Shown here piece after piece: positions 15,431-21,866 of a stretch of 21,866 nt of DNA. The notes under the pieces were generated by a model. It searched no databases. It was given only the letters and a program-made list of their open reading frames with translations, and was not told the DNA's origin. The stretch covers positions 1-21,866 of the forward strand of contig BTUM01000112.1 in NCBI GenBank assembly GCA_045863235.1. The letters are read 5' to 3'. The stretch is from Candidatus Xenobia bacterium (GTDB lineage Bacteria > Vulcanimicrobiota > Xenobia > Xenobiales > QWHO01). A program made the translations under genes and the position numbers. How positions within the stretch are numbered: position 1 is the first letter of the stretch; every line of letters starts with the position of its first letter.

Positions 15431-17467
15431 GTGAGCGAGAACCCACTGGCGCGCCTGTTTGACGAGCTGCGCGGGGAAGGAAAGCTGGATTCGCGAGGCC
15501 ACTTCACGCTCGATGTGGCCAAGGCGCTGGAGAAAATGCGCCAGTTCCAGCTGCGCGACCCCCGGCTCTACGTGCTCAACCTGGTGGCCGCCGCGGTGGC
15601 CAACGGGGCCAGTTTCGTGCGCACCAGCTCCACGAGCGACAGCTTCAGCCTGGAGTCCGACGGGCGCGGGTATGCCTTCGAAGACCTGGCCGAGCTGTTC
15701 AGCTCGCCCTTCATCGCCAACGCTCCCGAGCGCCGGGCCACGCAAGAGCTGGCCATCGGGCTGTTCGGCACGCGCGGCCTGACCGTGCAGCAGGTCTCGC
15801 TGGAGACCTGGCAGGAAGACCTGGGGGCGCGCCTTGCCATCGTGGAGGGCCGGCTGGAGATCGCCCGCCTCACCCAGAACCCCCTGCCCGAAGGACTGAG
15901 CGTGCGGCTGAGCGTGCGCGAGAAATCCAGCCTGCTCGACTCGGCCTACGGCCTGCTGGGCAAGGTGCGCAAGGTCAAGCCGCTGACCCAGGAAAGCGAG
16001 TACGTCCGAGGGCTCTGCGCCTTCTCGCCCGTGCCCATCACGCTCAACGGAGATCAGATCAACCAGCCCATCCCCGGTGGGGGAGCCCTGGTGGCCAGCC
16101 TGGTCACCGGCCCCGACGGGCGCAGCTTCCCTCTCTCAGCCGTCCTGGGAGAGCACGTTGTAAGCAGAACCGAGGGCCCCTACGCCGCCTGCCTGGTGCT
16201 GGAAAGTCGAACCCTGCCGGGCGACGCGCTGACCGTGGTGGTCAATGGCGTGAGCTTCTCCGAATTCAAGGAGGTGCCGGCCTATCCCAACGCCCGGGTG
16301 GTCGTGCACGCCTCCCACCTCAAGAAGGACTTCTCGCAGTCGAGCCTGGTGCTCGATGACGAGTTCCGCGACATGCTCGAGTGGATCAACTGTCAGCTCG
16401 ACGAGCTGGCGGCCGAGCTGTTGACCCGCCACCCCGAGCACGAGAAGCTGGTGCTCCCGGCTCTGTCGCTGCGCCTGCGCGAGCGCATGCCCAACCAGCG
16501 GCCCACCCGCAAGTCCGGGTTGGAGCTGGCCAGCCAGCTGAGGCACTGGAAGCTCTTTCGACTGGCCCGGGGCGAGGTTGTCAGCCTGGAGGCGCTGGCC
16601 CGCCAGTACATGATTCACGGCTATCTGCCCTTCACCCAGCACGAGTTGCCGCCGGTCATCTCCCCGCTGCTCGAGGACGGTAGCGCCATCCTGCATGTCT
16701 CCCGCGACCGCGCCGACCTGCTGGCCGCCTTTTTTCCCCAGGGCCTGCTCGAGCTGGCGCCCCACCGCAACCGGCTGGATAAGCTCCAGGTGCCTTCCCA
16801 GCTGGCCCTGGTTCCGCGCCTGCCGGGCTCGGACTATCTGGTACGCCGCATCAGCGAGCCCAGTAGCCTCGAGGTCGGCGTCCCGGCCGCCTTTCCGCGC
16901 CCCGAAGTGCACTATACGTTGCGCCAGGACGGCAAGCCCACCCGCCCTACCGTCAACGAATGGAACGAATGGCTGCCCAACGGGCTGGTCATCATCGCCG
17001 ACGCCCGCCAGCGCTCGGATGACCCCGAGAACGAGCATCCCAAGTTCAGCCTGGGGCGGGTGGAGACAGCCGTCTGCGGCCTGTTGGGAGAGCTCACAGA
17101 GGCCCTGCTGTGGGATTATCCCCCCGAGGAGCCGGTCCGCAGCTGGGCTGCCGCCCACTTGCTGGAATACTTCTGGGTGGCCGCCCAGCACGTGCGGCAG
17201 CCACCGGCGGCGTTCTACCTCAACCTGCCCGACGAGGAGGTGAACCGCAAGCTCAAGTTCTTCGATCTGCGCCAGCTGGCTCGAGCGCCGCTCTTGCTCA
17301 CGAGCACGGGCGAGCTGCGCTCGGTGGAGTGGGTCTTTCACAACCCGTTGCCGGCCGAGGTGATCGGCGAGGAGTTGCCCGAGTTGCCGCTGGAGGGTCC
17401 CGAGCGCCTGCTGGTGCGACAACGCGAGAAGAAGATCCTGGAAGCCTTCCTCAGCCGGTCCCTCTAG
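15431..17467 (+). CDS. Hypothetical protein with degenerate GHKL (HSP90/MutL-like) N-terminal region, 678 aa
   Basis: LNLVAAAVANGA (N-box-like, lacking E and N), ESDGRG (G1-like), ELAIGL (G2-like), and later VVVNGV...LKKDFSQSSLV resembling an S5-fold middle domain. GTG 15431 is the assumed start. Confidence 0.65.
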   Translation: MSENPLARLFDELRGEGKLDSRGHFTLDVAKALEKMRQFQLRDPRLYVLNLVAAAVANGASFVRTSSTSDSFSLESDGRGYAFEDLAELFSSPFIANAPERRATQELAIGLFGTRGLTVQQVSLETWQEDLGARLAIVEGRLEIARLTQNPLPEGLSVRLSVREKSSLLDSAYGLLGKVRKVKPLTQESEYVRGLCAFSPVPITLNGDQINQPIPGGGALVASLVTGPDGRSFPLSAVLGEHVVSRTEGPYAACLVLESRTLPGDALTVVVNGVSFSEFKEVPAYPNARVVVHASHLKKDFSQSSLVLDDEFRDMLEWINCQLDELAAELLTRHPEHEKLVLPALSLRLRERMPNQRPTRKSGLELASQLRHWKLFRLARGEVVSLEALARQYMIHGYLPFTQHELPPVISPLLEDGSAILHVSRDRADLLAAFFPQGLLELAPHRNRLDKLQVPSQLALVPRLPGSDYLVRRISEPSSLEVGVPAAFPRPEVHYTLRQDGKPTRPTVNEWNEWLPNGLVIIADARQRSDDPENEHPKFSLGRVETAVCGLLGELTEALLWDYPPEEPVRSWAAAHLLEYFWVAAQHVRQPPAAFYLNLPDEEVNRKLKFFDLRQLARAPLLLTSTGELRSVEWVFHNPLPAEVIGEELPELPLEGPERLLVRQREKKILEAFLSRSL

Positions 17468-17487
17468 AATTCTTTGCATTCTTGTTT

Positions 17488-17514
17488 CAAACTTTCTTCA
17501 TGCCCGGGCGATAG
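17488..17514 (+). promoter_or_regulatory. Sigma28 (FliA)-like promoter
   Basis: CAAA-N15-GGCGATAG versus consensus TAAA-N15-GCCGATAA; ends 9 nt before ATG 17524; no SD. Confidence 0.55.
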
Positions 17515-17523
17515 AGTCAAGTC

Positions 17524-20500
17524 ATGCTCATCCAGTCGGTTGGCGGAGTCTACCAGAGCAGCTGGCGCCCCCAGAACGCTCCCATCGCAAACGTGGGCGG
17601 CGCTCTGCCCACCGACTCGGTGCAGGTCAGCGCCATCCTCCCCACGACCTCGGCTCCCCTGAGCCTGGCCGCCCAGGCGGTCAGCTCCGCCGCCCAGGCG
17701 GCCCCGGCTCCAGCCGCTGCTCGGCCTGCCCTGGAAGAGTTGCGACAGGCCGCCGAGCGGCTCCAGAAGAAAGGCGCCCGGCTCGAGCATCGTCCCAAGA
17801 TACTCTTCTTCACGCTCGACTTTCGCGAGAGCAGCCCGGACAAGGCCGCCAAGCTGGCCGACAAACCCGAGCGGGTGCGCGTCCAACGGCCCAATTTTGA
17901 GCAGCCCATCCCGCTCACGAGGAGTGAGGACATGCTGTTGCTCGATGCCTTCTACGGCAAAGCCGACGTGAGCCAGCTCGAGAGACCGGAACAGGCGGCG
18001 GCCTTGCTGGCCCTGGAGAAGGCCCATCCCGGCAAGGTGGACGCCTACCAGTGCTACCTCGGCGACAAGATCAGTCTCAACATCGGTGGGAACTTCGTCA
18101 TGAGCCTGGACGAGGCGCTGGCTCTGGCCTACCTGGAAGGCCACGTCAGCTCGACCAGTGGCCTGCAACGCCCTGAGCACGCCGAGAGCCTGCACCGCCT
18201 CGAGCGAGCCGGCTTCGAGCTCAAGAAGGCGCCCCTTCAAGCTTACCGGGATGCGGGCTACAGATACCAGACCACGGCCGTCTACCAGGACGGCCAGGTA
18301 CTGGCCGAGTTCGACGAACGTCAACTCGCCGACATTCCCAAAGTGCTCGAGCAAGCCCATGAGATGAGCCGCGTCTGGCGCCAACTCTCCGCCCTGGGCG
18401 AGCAGGCCCCGGCCGCGCTGGCTTGCGTGCGAGGAGAATCGGCCCAGCGCTTCGACCTCAAGACGCGCGTGGACCTGGCCCACTCGGTCTTCGCCCATCC
18501 CGAACGGGCCCGCGAAGTCTACGACGCGGCCTGCGGCACCGCTGCCGACGCCAGCGAGCTGGAAGTCTGGGTGGCCCTGGCCCGCCGGCTCGCTCCCACC
18601 ACCAGGGAGCGCGAACTGGCCTTCTCCCTGGGCCAGCTCAAAACGCTCGTCCCCCCGGGACAGCTTCCTTCCGAGGATACCGTCAAAGAGTTCCAGCTCT
18701 TCCTCAAAACGACCCGCTCGCCCGATCTGGCGGCTCAGTGCCTCAAGGCGCTGGCGGCCCATCCCGAGCAGCCCGAGTCGCCGGAGCGCTTTTATCCGCC
18801 GCTCCTGAAGGCTTGCCAGAACGAGCCCAAGACGGCAGCCAGAGCCTTCGAGGTGCTGGCCTCGGCCGGGCGGCTCGAGCAAGACCAGAGCCTGCTCGAG
18901 AGCATGCTGGCCAGCGTGCGCCACCCCTCCGTGGCCATCGAGGCCTATCCGACCCTGGCCAGCGTCCCCGAAGAGCAGCGCGGTCTCTACCTCGAGCTGT
19001 GGAAGCAAGCCCCGGGCTGCTCGATGAAAGAGGCCTGGCAGGCGGTCTCCCGCTCCGACGAGCAGCTCACCGGCGTGCGTGCCCGGGCCTGGAGCCGTGG
19101 GGTCAAGCTGCTCTTCGAGCAACAGATGGGTCGGGACATCGACCGTTTCAGCCAGCTCCTGGCCCGGCTCCCGGATGGGCCCGATCTGGCCCAGCGAGCC
19201 GACCTGCTCGAGCGCGTGGTGCGAGGCTCCCAGGGGTCGCTCCACACGGCCGAGGCGGTCTGGAAGGACTTTCAGTCCAGCTCCGACATCGACACGGCCG
19301 TGCGTTTCTATGAGGCCACAGGGCGCCAGGACGAGGCGGCGCGCGCAGCCGAGATCCTCACCCGCACCGACCTTTCCGGCGCTCACCCTTACGAGGCCTG
19401 CCGGGACTCTCTGGCTCTGCTCATCGGCGCTCTGGGTGGCAAGGTGACCGAGGGCCTGGAGGCTTACCGTCACCTCCTGGCAGTGAGCGGCGACGACCTG
19501 CTGGCCACGGCCCGCGACTATGCCAGCCTGATCAAGGCCTGCGGTCAGGATGCCCAGGCCCGGATCGCCCTGGGCGCCTGCCGCAACAGCCCGCCCCGGG
19601 CCGACAGCGCCACCACGGCTGAGAGCCTGGCGCTGGCGTTGCAGGTCCACGGCGACCTGGCGAAGGCCCGTCCCCTGTGGGAGTCTCTGGAGCGCGTCGA
19701 CAAGGCCTATCCTCGCGAGCAGCGTGTGAAGAACGTGCAGACCGTTCTCAAGTCGAACAAGAAGGAGCGCTCTGAGGTGCTGGCGCTGATGGAGCGGATC
19801 CGGCTCGATGACCGGGGACGCGAGCTGACCGGCAAGCTCCTGGCCGACAACCGGCCGGATTGCCTGGCCTTGATCGAGCAGCTGGCCTCTCCCGGGCCAC
19901 AGCGCGAGCCCCTGGTGAGCGCCTGGGAAAAACTGGCGGGGCGCTGCCACAACCTGCCGGAGCTCCTGCAGACGATGGCCCCCCACTGCCTGAAAGCGGA
20001 CTTCGGCCAGCTGGTGGAAGCCGTCTTGCGGCTGGGGAGTGACGCCGGTGCAGCCCGGATCGAGCAGCTGCTGGCGGCCCGCCAGCCAGGAGAGGACCTG
20101 CGTCCGCTGGCCAGTCTGCTGCGCCAATCCGGGGAAGGCTTCCAGGCCCGCCGGCAGGCGCTGCAGGAGGGCACGGTGGAAGGCCGTGGACTGGAGGGCA
20201 ACACCCGCTGGTTTGTCAGCACGCTCGAGAGATCCGACCTCAAGACGGCCGAGGCGGCCTGGGAGCTGGTGCGCCGCCCGGTGGGAGGAGAGTCTACCTC
20301 CGAGCGCCAGGCGGCCTTCGACCGGCTCTCCGGGGGGCGCCCTCACGAGGTCAGCCTGCAAGCGTGGAAGGCGGTTACGCGCTGGATGCAGCCCGGTGAG
20401 ACCCTGCCGGAGGCGGTGGAGGCGGCCCTGGCCATCCGGGCCAAGCTGTCCGAGTCCCGACTGGGAGACGGCTCTTGGACCGAACTTCTGGGTGCGATCC

Positions 20501-20730
20501 GCCAGCGCCAGATGAGCGGTGAGCTCGAGCACCTGCCTCTGTCCAAAGTGGCCGGGCGGGTCGAGAAGGCCATCGCAACGGCCAGCTCGGAAGCCCTGCT
20601 CGACAGCAAGAAGAAGTTGAGCCTGGAGACGCTCCTCGCCAATCTGTGCGAGCAGGTGGCCGGAAGCCAGGGAATCCAGACGGGCGAGCACCACGTCGTG
20701 GTCGGGGGGGTCCGGGTAGCCACAAGGTAG
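17524..20730 (+). CDS. Large hypothetical helical-repeat protein with low-complexity N-terminus and C-terminal GGVRVATR motif, 1068 aa
   Basis: Long GC3-biased ORF, Ala/Leu/Glu/Arg rich, with no TM helix or Sec signal seen. N-terminal duplication LERPEQAAALLALEKA / LQRPEHAESLHRLERA. Confidence 0.88.
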   Translation: MLIQSVGGVYQSSWRPQNAPIANVGGALPTDSVQVSAILPTTSAPLSLAAQAVSSAAQAAPAPAAARPALEELRQAAERLQKKGARLEHRPKILFFTLDFRESSPDKAAKLADKPERVRVQRPNFEQPIPLTRSEDMLLLDAFYGKADVSQLERPEQAAALLALEKAHPGKVDAYQCYLGDKISLNIGGNFVMSLDEALALAYLEGHVSSTSGLQRPEHAESLHRLERAGFELKKAPLQAYRDAGYRYQTTAVYQDGQVLAEFDERQLADIPKVLEQAHEMSRVWRQLSALGEQAPAALACVRGESAQRFDLKTRVDLAHSVFAHPERAREVYDAACGTAADASELEVWVALARRLAPTTRERELAFSLGQLKTLVPPGQLPSEDTVKEFQLFLKTTRSPDLAAQCLKALAAHPEQPESPERFYPPLLKACQNEPKTAARAFEVLASAGRLEQDQSLLESMLASVRHPSVAIEAYPTLASVPEEQRGLYLELWKQAPGCSMKEAWQAVSRSDEQLTGVRARAWSRGVKLLFEQQMGRDIDRFSQLLARLPDGPDLAQRADLLERVVRGSQGSLHTAEAVWKDFQSSSDIDTAVRFYEATGRQDEAARAAEILTRTDLSGAHPYEACRDSLALLIGALGGKVTEGLEAYRHLLAVSGDDLLATARDYASLIKACGQDAQARIALGACRNSPPRADSATTAESLALALQVHGDLAKARPLWESLERVDKAYPREQRVKNVQTVLKSNKKERSEVLALMERIRLDDRGRELTGKLLADNRPDCLALIEQLASPGPQREPLVSAWEKLAGRCHNLPELLQTMAPHCLKADFGQLVEAVLRLGSDAGAARIEQLLAARQPGEDLRPLASLLRQSGEGFQARRQALQEGTVEGRGLEGNTRWFVSTLERSDLKTAEAAWELVRRPVGGESTSERQAAFDRLSGGRPHEVSLQAWKAVTRWMQPGETLPEAVEAALAIRAKLSESRLGDGSWTELLGAIRQRQMSGELEHLPLSKVAGRVEKAIATASSEALLDSKKKLSLETLLANLCEQVAGSQGIQTGEHHVVVGGVRVATR

Positions 20731-20761
20731 ACCGCCGAACGTTCCGCGGTATAAGGTAGCT

Positions 20762-21866
20762 ATGACGCAGGTTGGAGGCTCCAGCCGGACCCCGGAGCGC
20801 TCGGCTCCCTCGCCCTCCGTGAGCTCGGTGGCTTCCTCGGCCGCCAGTCGCAGCGCCTCGATCTCCAGCCGCAGCGAGAGGCCGACCGAGAAGAAATCCG
20901 AGGAGTCCAGGGACAGCAAGGAGTCCAAGGACAAGAAAGAATCCAAAGAGTCCAAGGATAAGGACAAGAGCCCCGAGGCCGACGATCCCGAGGATACCCG
21001 GCAAGAGCGCCAGGAGAAGCAGAAGCTGCGCGAGGGCAAGGCGGCCGCGCGAGCCAATCAGGCCCTGCGCGACACCTGGGAGAAGCTCTCCACCGGCCCC
21101 GGCCGCAAGCTGCAAGCCAGCGAGATCCGGCGCGAGGTCGAGCTGCGGCTGGCCTCCGAGGGCGTGGACGTGGCCGAGATTGCCGACCTCTCTCAGGAGG
21201 CCGCCGAAGCCGGCCTGGGAGAGCTGACCCAGCGCCTGGAGACGGTCTGGGAGAAGACCGTGCCCGCCACCGCGCTCAAGGGCGAGTCGACCCTGGCCCG
21301 AACGGACATGGAGTCCCGTTGGGCCGCCTTCCTGGGTGAGTCCGACCAGCTCCCGGCCGAGAGCCGCTCTCCCCTGGTGGAGCTGGCGGGCAAGGCCATC
21401 CACCAGCCGGGAGTGCTGGGCATGATGGCCCGCTCGGTCTCCGGCCCGCTGGAGCAAAGCTCAGGCATCAGCGCTCGGCTGGGCGGCCTGGTGCAAGAGC
21501 TGGCGCGCCGGCTGGAGGAGGAAGAGCAGACCAACTACCCGCCCCCGCGCCCCTCGCCGGTGGCTCCGCGAGCCGAGGGCCTGGCCCGGGATGCGATGGA
21601 ACGCCTCAAGCGGTCTGTGACGCAGAAGCAGGTCGACGAAGGGCGCAAGGAGTCGGAGCGCCCTCGCAAAGAGAGCGCCGGCCAGGCCGGTGGACAAAAG
21701 CGCGAGTCCGAGCCGGTCGGTGGGCAGAAGCGCGAGGACAGCCGCCCCCGTGAGTCCTCCGGTCAGGTCGGTGGGCGCCAGTCCGCTCCCCGGCCCGAGC
21801 CGGCACCCACGCCCACGCCTACCGGCCAGGTCGGTGGCCAAAAGCGAGAAGACAGCCGCTCCCGGG
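20762..21866 (+). CDS. Low-complexity, largely disordered hypothetical protein, 3'-partial (at least 368 aa); absent from the ORF track
   Basis: Open frame from ATG 20762 to the window end: MTQVGGSSRTPERSAPSPS...KESKDKKESKESKD...QVGGQKREDSR. TATAAG (20750-20755) ends 6 nt before ATG. Confidence 0.8.
   Translation, partial: MTQVGGSSRTPERSAPSPSVSSVASSAASRSASISSRSERPTEKKSEESRDSKESKDKKESKESKDKDKSPEADDPEDTRQERQEKQKLREGKAAARANQALRDTWEKLSTGPGRKLQASEIRREVELRLASEGVDVAEIADLSQEAAEAGLGELTQRLETVWEKTVPATALKGESTLARTDMESRWAAFLGESDQLPAESRSPLVELAGKAIHQPGVLGMMARSVSGPLEQSSGISARLGGLVQELARRLEEEEQTNYPPPRPSPVAPRAEGLARDAMERLKRSVTQKQVDEGRKESERPRKESAGQAGGQKRESEPVGGQKREDSRPRESSGQVGGRQSAPRPEPAPTPTPTGQVGGQKREDSRSR
21680..21859 (+). 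repeat. Dispersed peptide repeat GQVGGQKRE(D/S), four copies
   Basis: GQAGGQKRES, EPVGGQKREDSR, GQVGGRQS, GQVGGQKREDSR. Confidence 0.85.

Noticed and set aside
17464..21057. 1197-aa minus-strand ORF, and other long antisense ORFs (7723-10092, 12361-13824, 16136-17479, 3988-4923)
   Set aside because: Shadow frames of GC3-biased genes on the opposite strand, with no motifs of their own.

Overview
High-GC bacterial window; all calls were made by eye, with no database searches. About 1-3.1 kb is a decayed mobile region. It holds an internally deleted, C-terminally truncated tyrosine integrase fused tail-to-tail, at a short microhomology, with the N-terminal stub of a probable defence-type nuclease gene. 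An apparently intact IS110 element follows, bounded by GAGATA at both ends and carrying a structured left end (candidate bridge RNA). The rest encodes a GFA protein, a SEC-C protein, a VIT/PEP-CTERM protein with its own exosortase, a P-loop kinase, a SelW/Rdx selenoprotein missed by the ORF track (in-frame UGA plus SECIS-like hairpin), a secreted YVTN-type propeller protein, an MFS exporter behind a candidate leader-peptide attenuator, and a degenerate GHKL-like protein. The most unusual signal is two large helical-repeat orphan proteins about 14 kb apart (3805-5415 and 17524-20730). They share a C-terminal motif [VI]xxGxxxVx[FV]G[SG]VRVxTR and a similar 44-nt upstream element that is sigma28-like at 17488-17514; the second also has a FlgM-like N-terminus. 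This is a candidate co-regulated family of exported proteins with an unrecognised C-terminal signal.
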